From a virus: a stretch of 64,000 nt of DNA. The stretch is from the IMG/VR virus record IMGVR_UViG_3300023174_000078, positions 1 to 64,000 of that record. One strand, given 5' to 3'. Below are positions 1 through 8,357 of this stretch, piece after piece. The notes beneath the pieces are model-generated. The model saw nothing but the letters and a program-made list of their open reading frames with translations, did no database searches and was not told the DNA's origin. Each line of letters starts with the position of its first letter. Position 1 is the stretch's first letter. The translations under genes and the position numbers were made by a program.

Positions 1-720
1 ATCTAAAAATTTAGCTTCTAGCAGAGAATCCGTAGTGGTAGATGTTCCTGCGTAAATAGTAGTGGGCATTCTGGATGCCTTTTGACACTGCTCAATATCA
101 GGCAAGAAGTCCGGGTCTAGTAGCTGACATTCGTCAAAAAGGGCCTCGTCGCAAGTTTTGCTTCGAGCCTCCTGTGTATCTGTCAGGCACTTTACCATCA
201 TCGTAACGGATTCATTCGGATACTCTTTATATTTTAAATTCTGTCTATAGTCTTTATGTACTTGGTAAAATCTAAATGCTCGTTCCATTTCGCGTACACG
301 GTTTGCGTATGTGTCCAAGAAAGATTGGTGCGGAACAATATACATACTCCTCCGTTTACTCATGATATGCGCATACATCAATTGCCTAGCACTAAGACTA
401 GTACTTTTTCCTATTTGTCTCCCCGCCCGAATCGCCAAAAACCCACCGATTTGCATATGAAACATAGCAAATGAATAAGGTCTGGCAGAGCAAGATAATG
501 GCTTATCGTATGGGTACTGCGGAAAGAAATACGGAACCAGCAGCCCCGCATTGTATTTGCAAAGTCTGTAAATATCTATTATCCTACTGGCTATCTTGTC
601 ATTACCGTGCGGGTCTCCATCAGTTTCTTTTTCTAACCGTTTGATATCGTCAGTTAACGCTTTAAGTTTATACCTAAACTCAGCATTTGTTTTGACTTCC
701 CAGTTTAAATCAATGTACAT
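1..720 (-). CDS. terL: Terminase large subunit, N-terminal ATPase domain (partial, runs off window start)
   Basis: Manual translation of the minus strand from ATG at 720 is open to position 1: MYIDLNWEVK...IRAGRQIGKSTS (Walker A)...DEALFDECQ (Walker B)...IYAGTSTT (motif III-like). Absent from the ORF track because its stop is outside the window. Confidence 0.85.
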   Translation of the reverse strand, partial: MYIDLNWEVKTNAEFRYKLKALTDDIKRLEKETDGDPHGNDKIASRIIDIYRLCKYNAGLLVPYFFPQYPYDKPLSCSARPYSFAMFHMQIGGFLAIRAGRQIGKSTSLSARQLMYAHIMSKRRSMYIVPHQSFLDTYANRVREMERAFRFYQVHKDYRQNLKYKEYPNESVTMMVKCLTDTQEARSKTCDEALFDECQLLDPDFLPDIEQCQKASRMPTTIYAGTSTTTDSLLEAKFLD

Positions 721-722
721 AT

Positions 723-959
723 ATGGCTTTCTCTTACACCGCTAATTCTTTAAGGCACATCCGTCCAAATCGTTTTTTTAAAGCTAGATTTAGAAATATC
801 AGATGGAATAGAGATGACACTATTGTTGTTGACAGCGCGCCTGTCAATGATAATAAATTCATACCCGCAGATCCTGAAGTAGCAAACGAACGTCTGCTTA
901 ACACACTCAATAACACAAATGGCAAACTCGAAAGAATCAGAAACCGCTACAACGGATAA
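723..959 (+). CDS. Hypothetical protein
   Basis: 78-aa ORF divergent from terL; overlaps the next ORF by 41 nt. Confidence 0.5.
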   Translation: MAFSYTANSLRHIRPNRFFKARFRNIRWNRDDTIVVDSAPVNDNKFIPADPEVANERLLNTLNNTNGKLERIRNRYNG

Positions 960-1377
960 AGTTGATAAGGCGGAAAATAAAACGGCTGAGAGTTTTCAGA
1001 AAGTTCTTGCATTACTTCAAGAAATTGCTAAAAAGCTTCCAGAGGTCGAAAAGACATTTGACCCTGTAGCTTACCTGATCAATTCTTTAAAACCCTCAGA
1101 CGTACTAATTGAATATAAAATTGTTGCGCACAGCAAAAATGGAGAAATATTCAACATCGAAGGCGTAAATAACTTGCCCCGATTATTTGATGAGTCAATG
1201 CTTCCAGAAGCACCTTCCAATTTTGAAAATGCATTTAATGCCAGCATCATTCGTCCTGCTCTAAATGCATTCATGAAATACACCCGGGACAAGGTTGACG
1301 AGTATAAAAAACCAACTTCCATTTCTCAGGCATTAGCGTTACCGACAGCAGATCAGCAAGATTTCATTTCCGAATAA
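919..1377 (+). CDS. Hypothetical protein
   Basis: 152-aa ORF ending 5 nt before thyA. Confidence 0.75.
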   Translation: MANSKESETATTDKVDKAENKTAESFQKVLALLQEIAKKLPEVEKTFDPVAYLINSLKPSDVLIEYKIVAHSKNGEIFNIEGVNNLPRLFDESMLPEAPSNFENAFNASIIRPALNAFMKYTRDKVDEYKKPTSISQALALPTADQQDFISE

Positions 1378-1382
1378 AAGTT

Positions 1383-2981
1383 ATGATTGAGTATCAAAAG
1401 TTAATGAGGCAGGTGTTAGAGAATGGTGTATATAAAATGGATAGGACCGGTACTGGTGCTATATCTGTTTTTGGTACACAGAGCCGTTACAATCTGGCGG
1501 ATGGTTTTCCGTTGGTGACCACCAAGAAAATGTTTACCCGTGGAGTAATTGGCGAACTTCTGTGGTTTATAGAAGGTAATACTAACGCGCATTACCTGGA
1601 AGAAAAATACGGAATTAAATTTTGGAAAGATTGGGCAGATCCTGAAACTGGAGAACTCGGACCTTTGTACGGTAAGCAGTTGAGAAACATTGAGTACTCT
1701 TACTGGGTAGAGCCTAAACTACGTGCGCAAGCGCCAGCAGAGTTAATCTTGAAAACTAATTACGATAAGAATGTTATTGTAGACTATTTATCCGGAGAAT
1801 CGGTATATCTGGGTAAAACAATCCAAACCAAAGAATGCGGACTATGTACAGTAGTTAAGGAGATTTCTGCGCCGTCTGGTAGAAACCAATTCGATGTGCA
1901 ATTCCACAATACTGGTTACATTCGGCGTGTAGATTACGCCGCTGTACAAACTGACACAATTAAGGATCCATACTGTCAGTCTGTATGCGGTGTAGGCTAT
2001 TACGGCGAGTTTGAAGAAGATGAACACACGCCTATATTGAAAACAGTATGGCGTGAAATGTTACGCCGATGCTATAACACTGAAAGCGACTCTTACAAAG
2101 GTTACGGGGCAAAAGGCGTACATGTGCATCCGTCATGGCTTTGCTTCGCTAATTTCAACAAGGATGCTAGAACTTTAACAAATTGGAATTGTCGTTTAGA
2201 GTATGGATCTGAATACGAGCTGGATAAAGATGTGCGCTATGCGGCCAATTACTACAGTAAAGAAACCTGCATGTGGTCTTCTAGACTGGAACAAGGTTAC
2301 AACACATCAACTAATAGACCTTTCAAATGCTTGAATCCCGCAGGAGAAGAAATTTTCTTAAAATCCGTAGGCGAGGCTAAAAGAAAATACAATCTGAATA
2401 TATCCGCTGTTCATCGTTGTTTAAACGGGGAACTTCAAACGCATCACGCCTGGAGTAATTTTGAGTATGTATATGAAGAAGGTAAAGTGTGTCGCACGCG
2501 TGTAATCGATCAACTAAAAGAAGTCATAGCTGAAATTAAACACAACCCTGACAGCAGAAGATTAATCATTAGCTTATACAATCCGCATGAAGTTGATAAA
2601 ATGAATTTACCGCCTTGTCATGGTAATATGATTCAATTCTTCGTAGACGATGAAAAAAGATTAAGCTTGCATATGTATCAAAGAAGCGGCGATGTATTCA
2701 TAGGAGTACCCGTAAATATTGCCAGCTATTCTTTGCTACTCATGATGGTAGCGCAAGTTACTGGGTATACAGCGCATGAATTTATACACACACTTGGTGA
2801 TGCGCATCTTTATGTGAACCATATTGAACAAGCTAAACTCCAACTTTCCCGGGAACCTCTGGAAGGTCCAGCTATGTTAATCAATCCAAATGTTAAAAAT
2901 ATTGATGATTTCAAATATACGGATTTTGAATTGCTGAACTACGAATGTTATCCTGCCATTAAAGCTGAGATTGCTGTTTAA
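1383..2981 (+). CDS. thyA: Thymidylate synthase with about 270-aa in-frame HNH-like endonuclease insertion
   Basis: [60 protein letters not shown] motifs; insert between YGKQLRN and IDQL. Confidence 0.95.
   Translation: MIEYQKLMRQVLENGVYKMDRTGTGAISVFGTQSRYNLADGFPLVTTKKMFTRGVIGELLWFIEGNTNAHYLEEKYGIKFWKDWADPETGELGPLYGKQLRNIEYSYWVEPKLRAQAPAELILKTNYDKNVIVDYLSGESVYLGKTIQTKECGLCTVVKEISAPSGRNQFDVQFHNTGYIRRVDYAAVQTDTIKDPYCQSVCGVGYYGEFEEDEHTPILKTVWREMLRRCYNTESDSYKGYGAKGVHVHPSWLCFANFNKDARTLTNWNCRLEYGSEYELDKDVRYAANYYSKETCMWSSRLEQGYNTSTNRPFKCLNPAGEEIFLKSVGEAKRKYNLNISAVHRCLNGELQTHHAWSNFEYVYEEGKVCRTRVIDQLKEVIAEIKHNPDSRRLIISLYNPHEVDKMNLPPCHGNMIQFFVDDEKRLSLHMYQRSGDVFIGVPVNIASYSLLLMMVAQVTGYTAHEFIHTLGDAHLYVNHIEQAKLQLSREPLEGPAMLINPNVKNIDDFKYTDFELLNYECYPAIKAEIAV
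1689..2501 (+). mobile_element. Homing-endonuclease-like insert in thyA (phage HNH-like domain plus NUMOD1-like HTH); no intein termini visible
   Basis: WREMLRRCY...[21 protein letters not shown]...ELDKD...YYSKETCMW, then [22 protein letters not shown]; boundaries approximate. Confidence 0.75.
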
Positions 2982-3000
2982 TTTAAATTACATATTTATG

Positions 3001-3032
3001 GAAGGGGTACCTCTGCAATGGGGTACCCCTTC
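3001..3032 (+). terminator. Stem-loop after thyA
   Basis: GAAGGGGTACC...GGTACCCCTTC inverted repeat. Confidence 0.6.
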
Positions 3033-3050
3033 GTGTTATATAAATTTGTA
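3015..3050 (+). repeat. 36-bp direct repeat, copy 1 (contains promoter motif at 3033-3050)
   Basis: GCAATGGGGTACCCCTTCGTGTTATATAAATTTGTA, identical at 3596-3631. Confidence 0.95.
3033..3050 (+). promoter_or_regulatory. Recurrent phage promoter-like motif GTGTTATATAAATTTGTA
   Basis: Exact copies at 3033, 3614, 6631, 48829 and 52720, each intergenic and upstream of a + strand ORF. Confidence 0.8.
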
Positions 3051-3095
3051 ACCCTTACACAGGGTATTAATTAATAAACAACACAAAAATATTAT

Positions 3096-3530
3096 ATGAC
3101 AACCACAACTAACCTGAACAGCATCTGGATAAATTGGACACTACAGCACACTTGTACCCGTGGTTGGGCTCACTTAGCTGGAGAGCTCCCTGACGGACGG
3201 CGAGTTATATGTTGGGGTAACACCACCAAACCGCTGAGCTGGTCAAAGTGTAAGGTAGAGGAACTTCCAGAGGAGCGCGCGGCAAAGCTTGGGGTTACCC
3301 TCCTTGCTTTCGAGCACGTCGTCCCCTGGCTGCAGCTATTTACTCGTGGGGAAAATACTATGCAGCTCAACGAAAATGAAGCATCCAGCCCATGGACAAC
3401 CGAGTCCTTGGACAATGATTGGTACCGTAAACTGGATACAATCACCGGCCCATGGACAAACGAGTCATGGACAATCGAGTGCGTACCCGATGATTGGAAA
3501 CTTAAACTGGATACAATCAAACGCCGTTAA
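3096..3530 (+). CDS. Hypothetical protein with internal C-terminal duplication
   Basis: Has its own promoter motif and terminator; PWTTES..DW..KLDTI repeated as PWTNES..DW..KLDTI. Confidence 0.7.
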   Translation: MTTTTNLNSIWINWTLQHTCTRGWAHLAGELPDGRRVICWGNTTKPLSWSKCKVEELPEERAAKLGVTLLAFEHVVPWLQLFTRGENTMQLNENEASSPWTTESLDNDWYRKLDTITGPWTNESWTIECVPDDWKLKLDTIKRR

Positions 3531-3546
3531 TCCTAATAATACAGAG

Positions 3547-3580
3547 AAAATCCCACATAGCAATATGTAGGATTTTTTTT
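3547..3580 (+). terminator. Rho-independent terminator
   Basis: AAAATCC-C-ACATA/GCAA/TATGT-A-GGATTTT followed by T-run. Confidence 0.75.
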
Positions 3581-3595
3581 ACTTATTAGCTATAG

Positions 3596-3631
3596 GCAAT
3601 GGGGTACCCCTTCGTGTTATATAAATTTGTA
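3596..3631 (+). repeat. 36-bp direct repeat, copy 2 (promoter motif at 3614-3631)
   Basis: Identical to 3015-3050. Confidence 0.95.
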
Positions 3632-3666
3632 CGCACCGGAATTATCTAGGACGTACTTTCATAGTC

Positions 3667-5664
3667 ATGTTTAAAAACATAAAGCAACAAGTACAACAGC
3701 GCTTCAGTGAGCTGGTTAATAACGGACCCATTTTTTATGTGTCCGTTGATAAGGAGAAGATCTGGGATATTTATCTCAACGCCTTCCCCGAACAACATAA
3801 GCAGGAAAATACCTGCAACTGTTGCAAGTCGTTTATCCGCCAGTTCTCATGTCTGGTTGGAATCAAGGATAATAAAATCCTGACCCTTTGGGATTTCGAA
3901 TGTACCGACCCGGAATACAAAGACGCCGTTAAGGCACTCCGGGATTATATCCTTACTTGTCCTATCGATTCCGTGTACGTCAATTCGTTCGACAAACTTG
4001 GCACGGATAGAAATCCTGATACAAAGCGCAACCTTATCTGGGAGCACTATTTTGTTACCCTTCCTAAATCAATGGTTTTGAAGGAGGATAAGATTGGTCC
4101 TCATCAAGGCACAGCTCGAGACAACAAGAACGTTCTGAAGCGTTCATTGGAAGAGATCACGGATGATGCGGTCAATACCACATTGGAATTGATATCGCAA
4201 AACTCCCTTTACCGGGGCAACGAACATCAAGCAACACTGGTGGCGTTCCGCAAACTCAAAGAAGAATTCAAGAAGGTTCCAAAGGCCTTACGTGATAACT
4301 TCTGCTGGGTTCAGTCCATGGGTACTCACGCCGCAGTGTGCCGCGTTCGGAATACGTCTATCGGTACACTGCTGGTTGATCTGTCTGAAGGTCGCGAGCT
4401 GGATGCCGCAGTCAGCGCGTTTGAGCGCGTTGTGGCTCCTGCTAACTACAAGCGCCCTACCGCCCTGGTTACACCCAGGATGATTGAACAGGCACAGCAG
4501 AGACTAACAGAGCTGGGACTGTTGGGTTCGCTGGAAAGGCGTGTCCTGGACAGTCGTGATCTTAATGTGAACAACACTCTGTTTGTTCATCGTCCGTCTG
4601 GTGGCGTGGTCGCTGATGTATTCGCAGAACTCAAGAAGGAGACCGTTGTTAATCCCAAAAGCCTGAACAAGGTAGAGGAAATTAGCATTCAGGACTTTAC
4701 AGATAAAGTCCTCCCAACTGCCAAGGCAATTAAAGTTCTAGTGGAAAATCACCACATGCCGAACTTCGTTACAATGGTAGGTCCGAAGAATGCGACTGAC
4801 CCGACCATGTTCAAGTGGGGCAACAACTATTCCTGGGCATACTCCGGGGATGTTGCGGATTCAATTAAAGAACGTGTGAAAGCAGCGGGCGGTAACGTCA
4901 CTGGCGTTCTGCGTATCAGCCTGTCGTGGTCTAACCACGATGACCTGGATCTGCACGTCTTTGAGCCGAACAATTATCGCATTTATTACGGTAACAGGTC
5001 GCAGACCTCTCCGTCAGGTGGGCGGCTTGACGTCGACATGAACGCAGGCCGCGGACAATCTCGTCAGCCTGTTGAGAATATCTTCTGGGCGCAAGAGCCT
5101 AAGCTCGAGGGTAAATACGCAGTTGTTGTGAACAACTATTGCCGCCGCGATAATAAAGATGGCGGCTTCGAGGTGGAGATTGAATACAATGGCGAAACTG
5201 AGATTTTTACTTCCAGCACTAATGCTGCGTCAGGTAAAGATTTCCATATTGTTGAATTCAATTACACAAAGAAAGACGGTATTCAGTTTATCAATTCAAA
5301 TGGTAAATCGAATATTGCCAAATATAATTCCAGAGAAAAGTGGGGTGTTAAGACCGGACAGTTCGTACCTGTTCGCGCGGTAACGCTCTCGCCTAATTTC
5401 TGGACTGAAGCAGCAGGAAACAAACATTACATGTTCCTGTTGGAAGGTTGTAAATCGGATGAGAAAGCTCGTCCATTTTTCAACGAGTTCCTTACACCCG
5501 AACTGAGTGCGGATCGTAAGGTATTCGAAATTCTAGGCAGCAAAGTCAATGTGGAAAAGGCAGAAGATGAATTGTCCGGTCTCGGATTTTCCGATACAAC
5601 GCGCAATCATGTTTTTGTTGAAGTCGAAGGCGCGTTCAAGCGTGTCGTCAAAGTTAAGTTCTAA
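3667..5664 (+). CDS. Large phage protein with CxCC motif and YfaP/DUF2135-like C-terminal domain
   Basis: CNCCKSFIR; WSNHDDLDLHV.EP...IYY...GGRLDVD...VENIFW. Confidence 0.75.
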   Translation: MFKNIKQQVQQRFSELVNNGPIFYVSVDKEKIWDIYLNAFPEQHKQENTCNCCKSFIRQFSCLVGIKDNKILTLWDFECTDPEYKDAVKALRDYILTCPIDSVYVNSFDKLGTDRNPDTKRNLIWEHYFVTLPKSMVLKEDKIGPHQGTARDNKNVLKRSLEEITDDAVNTTLELISQNSLYRGNEHQATLVAFRKLKEEFKKVPKALRDNFCWVQSMGTHAAVCRVRNTSIGTLLVDLSEGRELDAAVSAFERVVAPANYKRPTALVTPRMIEQAQQRLTELGLLGSLERRVLDSRDLNVNNTLFVHRPSGGVVADVFAELKKETVVNPKSLNKVEEISIQDFTDKVLPTAKAIKVLVENHHMPNFVTMVGPKNATDPTMFKWGNNYSWAYSGDVADSIKERVKAAGGNVTGVLRISLSWSNHDDLDLHVFEPNNYRIYYGNRSQTSPSGGRLDVDMNAGRGQSRQPVENIFWAQEPKLEGKYAVVVNNYCRRDNKDGGFEVEIEYNGETEIFTSSTNAASGKDFHIVEFNYTKKDGIQFINSNGKSNIAKYNSREKWGVKTGQFVPVRAVTLSPNFWTEAAGNKHYMFLLEGCKSDEKARPFFNEFLTPELSADRKVFEILGSKVNVEKAEDELSGLGFSDTTRNHVFVEVEGAFKRVVKVKF

Positions 5665-5700
5665 TTCAAATCAAACCAGCACACCAAGAAATAAAACAAA

Positions 5701-6093
5701 ATGACACTGGAAACACTCGTTATCAAAGCCGCCCGCCAAAAATGGCGTTTTGCCAGCACCAAGGGACATCTGTCTTTTGAAGATCTCTGGGATCTCAATC
5801 TTGAGGCCCTGGACAAAGTGGCCGTCGCATTGGATGAAAAGATCCAAAAGGGAGGGCGTAAGTCTTTCATCACCAAGCGCACCGAAAGCATGACCGAAGA
5901 ACAGGGCATGTTCGATCTCGTCACATATGTGATCGAGACCAAGATGGCAATGATGGAAGCGGCCAAAGATCGCGCAGCCCGTGCCTCGCAGAAGGAGTTC
6001 CTTGAGGACCTCAAGAAGCGTAAGCAGATCGCGTCGCTGGAGAATCTGTCTCTCGAGGACATCGAGAAGCAGATCGCGTCTCTCGACGTGTAA
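5701..6093 (+). CDS. Phage coiled-coil protein, probable partner of upstream gene
   Basis: RFASTKGHLSFEDLWDL motif; helical C-terminus; A-rich leader. Confidence 0.75.
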   Translation: MTLETLVIKAARQKWRFASTKGHLSFEDLWDLNLEALDKVAVALDEKIQKGGRKSFITKRTESMTEEQGMFDLVTYVIETKMAMMEAAKDRAARASQKEFLEDLKKRKQIASLENLSLEDIEKQIASLDV

Positions 6094-6100
6094 AGCAAAG

Positions 6101-6135
6101 AGTACTGCCGGGAAGTACCTGGCAGTACTATTTTA
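6101..6135 (+). terminator. Terminator-like hairpin
   Basis: AGTACTGCCGGG/CCTGGCAGTACT followed by ATTTTA. Confidence 0.7.
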
Positions 6136-6142
6136 TGCCTAT

Positions 6143-6619
6143 ATGAGAACAATCGTCAGATACGCATCAGAGCTAGGAGTAGAATTTGATACAGCAGAAC
6201 TCGCCGCTAAAGATGACGAGCGCTTGCCTAGAATTATAGAAACCTACCGGCACGACTTACAAAGAATGGAGTCGGGGCTGGAGACTTTCGGGAAAAGCCC
6301 AGTGACTGAAGAGTTGAAAGAGCACTGGCGCGTCGCTATCAAAGAGTACGAACTACTATGGGAGAAAGCTCAGGCGAACAAGCCTAAAGGTACACAAGCT
6401 AAAATTGAACTTCTGTACAACGGCGATTATCCCGGGTATCAATGCGTACGTGTAAATGACGAATGGTTGACTACTGCAGAAGCCGCCCTACTGTGTAAAG
6501 TCTTTAAGACTAACAACCTTGAAGAGCTGTATGACAAAGTAGGATTATCAAAAAATTGGGATGGTATACCGAGCGAAGAACACGAACCCTTCACAGGGGT
6601 TATAGCCATCTCGCAATAA
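6143..6619 (+). CDS. Hypothetical protein
   Basis: Likely start ATG 6143 (MRTIVRY), downstream of the hairpin. Confidence 0.7.
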   Translation: MRTIVRYASELGVEFDTAELAAKDDERLPRIIETYRHDLQRMESGLETFGKSPVTEELKEHWRVAIKEYELLWEKAQANKPKGTQAKIELLYNGDYPGYQCVRVNDEWLTTAEAALLCKVFKTNNLEELYDKVGLSKNWDGIPSEEHEPFTGVIAISQ

Positions 6620-6630
6620 TACACATTGTT

Positions 6631-6648
6631 GTGTTATATAAATTTGTA
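6631..6648 (+). promoter_or_regulatory. Promoter-like motif copy
   Basis: Exact GTGTTATATAAATTTGTA. Confidence 0.8.
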
Positions 6649-6767
6649 CGGATAGGTATATCCATCCGTGAGTTTCCTCACCCATCGTGTGATGGGAGTG
6701 AAGAAAAACCCCACCCTGTGCTTAGTGGATTCGCTTAGGGTGGGGCTAACTTCAAAACATAAAACAA

Positions 6768-6971
6768 ATGACCATCATCGAAAGAAACAAGCAATTGCTT
6801 GAAAAAGCAAAAGCGTGCTCTGGTACAGACGCGCAAATACTACATGCGTTGTCTCAGACGACAGACGCACTGGATGCTCTTTTGTCGCAAGCCCATGCGC
6901 AGTTCGCTGCCGGAGATCGGCATGCGACATTCAATAAGCAAACAATAGAGAGATGCCATGAAACAGGTTAG
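6768..6971 (+). CDS. Hypothetical protein
   Basis: A-rich leader AAAACATAAAACAAATG downstream of the promoter motif. Confidence 0.65.
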   Translation: MTIIERNKQLLEKAKACSGTDAQILHALSQTTDALDALLSQAHAQFAAGDRHATFNKQTIERCHETG

Positions 6972-7122
6972 AATAATACTTTTATTGATAAGTATATTTA
7001 TATTTGCAATGGCGTTTACTGTTAATTGCTTTGAGTATAACTTATCTCCTGTTGGTGTGCTACTCACAGTATCAATGTCTATAATATTGGCAGTAACATG
7101 TCCATTTATTAAAGATAAATAA
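6958..7122 (+). CDS. Small two-TM membrane protein (54 aa, below ORF-track cutoff)
   Basis: MKQVRIILLLISIFIFAMAFTVNCFEYNLSPVGVLLTVSMSIILAVTCPFIKDK*. Confidence 0.6.
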   Translation: MKQVRIILLLISIFIFAMAFTVNCFEYNLSPVGVLLTVSMSIILAVTCPFIKDK

Positions 7123-7395
7123 TTGCTCTTAAAGCGCCCCACGCGCTGCTTTGGCAGAATGTGGACGGTTACAAGGCCGAACGCCGCTCCCAGGGTCCGA
7201 GGGAGCTGTTGCTCTGCTTCTTTGCAGAGAACGTTGAGTAAGAGCAATCTTGAGGTACTCTATAAAAAAAAGGAAAATACCTATTAAGCGTGGCCGCGTT
7301 AATGCTGCAATATTGACAAAGCCCCACCTCAAGGGAAACAACGACCCAACACGTAATATAAACCAGGCCTGGTTTTTGATCGTGTCCTAAGTTGT
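7122..7395 (+). ncRNA. Putative structured non-coding RNA with three closed domains; strand inferred from context
   Basis: ATTGCTCTTA(7122)/TAAGAGCAAT(7239) encloses four hairpins; CTTGAGGT/ACCTCAAG closes 7249-7333; ACAAC..CACG..AAACCAG/CTGGTTT..CGTG..GTTGT at 7338-7395. Confidence 0.55.
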
Positions 7396-7437
7396 AGAAA
7401 AGCGCGTAAAGTAGAAATACTTGCGCGCTTTTCTTTT
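7396..7437. terminator. Bidirectional terminator between convergent units
   Basis: AGAAAAGCGCGTAA/TTGCGCGCTTTTCT. Confidence 0.75.
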
Positions 7438-8131
7438 ATATATTATGTAGCCAAGGATCTACGAGATAAGGTCTACCTGCGCGATTAAACATTACGTTGC
7501 CCGCGCCTCTAATATCGCTTATGGCTACAGGACCTTTAGATGTTTGCATAAGTGCAGTATTTGGTAAGCCTCCTGCATTATAGCTGCCGAACCTTTTCGC
7601 CGTGGGGATAGAAACCTTTTCAGGCTCTAATGTAGATTTTTGAAAACGGTTTACGAAATCTAGCCATTGTTTTTTATTGCTAGAAGGCAACGACAGCAAT
7701 TCTTTTAAAGGGTTACTTGTTGGCGGTAAAGGCTGTAGCCGGGGGATCGCATAACCTCTACCTCCGCGTATTGTTGATAATACCTGCGGGAAAATGTCAG
7801 ATGAAGAAAACAAATTTTTAATACTATCTATTCTTTTTTCATTAGCTGCTGAAGGTCGTGCAGATATTAATTTTACAGCAGATGGTCCGTGACCTCCGGT
7901 AAAACTCTCATACACGCGACCCTCACCTCCAGCACCCAAAAGCTTTGGTTTGTTATTTATATTTTTTAAAAGCCTTGTTTTGTTTTCAGGTAAAGTTTGA
8001 ATTAACTTTTTTAAACTAGCACTAGACAATCCACCGCCAGCTAAAGCTCTAACCCAAGCCGGTGTTGCTTTTTTGGTAATGCTGCTAATCAAATTTACTT
8101 TTAACTGTTTCACACTTATACAATAAACCAT
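7436..8131 (-). CDS. Ser/Thr protein kinase-like protein
   Basis: Gly-loop LGAGGEGRVY, AVK lysine, catalytic-loop-like DIRGAGNVM, LVDP; exact start uncertain. Confidence 0.75.
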   Translation of the reverse strand: MVYCISVKQLKVNLISSITKKATPAWVRALAGGGLSSASLKKLIQTLPENKTRLLKNINNKPKLLGAGGEGRVYESFTGGHGPSAVKLISARPSAANEKRIDSIKNLFSSSDIFPQVLSTIRGGRGYAIPRLQPLPPTSNPLKELLSLPSSNKKQWLDFVNRFQKSTLEPEKVSIPTAKRFGSYNAGGLPNTALMQTSKGPVAISDIRGAGNVMFNRAGRPYLVDPWLHNI

Positions 8132-8140
8132 GTAAAATAT

Positions 8141-8356
8141 ATGACAATTTCAAAAGCAAGAATTACAGAACAACCGAAACAAATGTTTGACCCGATGCCA
8201 GAAGTATGGGTTACATATGAAGACGGGAAAGAAGAAAAACTCTTCTCCTATTATCCGGATGAGATTTCATTTACGGAGTTTGAATTTATAGGTTTAACCA
8301 AAGAAGAAGCACACCAGCTTTTTCACAAAAAAGACGTAGCATATTTAAGGTCATAG
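8141..8356 (+). CDS. Hypothetical protein
   Basis: LFSYYPDEISF.E.EFIGLT; ends 1 nt before sbcD. Confidence 0.75.
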   Translation: MTISKARITEQPKQMFDPMPEVWVTYEDGKEEKLFSYYPDEISFTEFEFIGLTKEEAHQLFHKKDVAYLRS

Positions 8357-8357
8357 T

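Noticed and set aside
256-474. 72-aa + strand ORF
   Set aside because: Antisense shadow of the terminase gene, which carries clear ATPase motifs
1689-2501. Group I intron or canonical intein in thyA
   Set aside because: The frame is continuous with no room for a ribozyme core, and no intein block A/B/G residues occur at the junctions
3386-3525. CATGGACAAnCGAGT repeats as a mini CRISPR or DGR repeat pair
   Set aside because: Irregular spacing, consistent with an internal protein duplication, and no reverse transcriptase in the window
5981-6142. Arg/Ser-rich N-terminal extension of ORF 5981-6619
   Set aside because: It is an off-frame reading of the upstream gene and crosses a terminator hairpin; ATG 6143 is preferred
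6840-7341. Minus-strand ORFs 6840-7247 and 7129-7341
   Set aside because: No motifs; they overlap + strand small genes and the structured region
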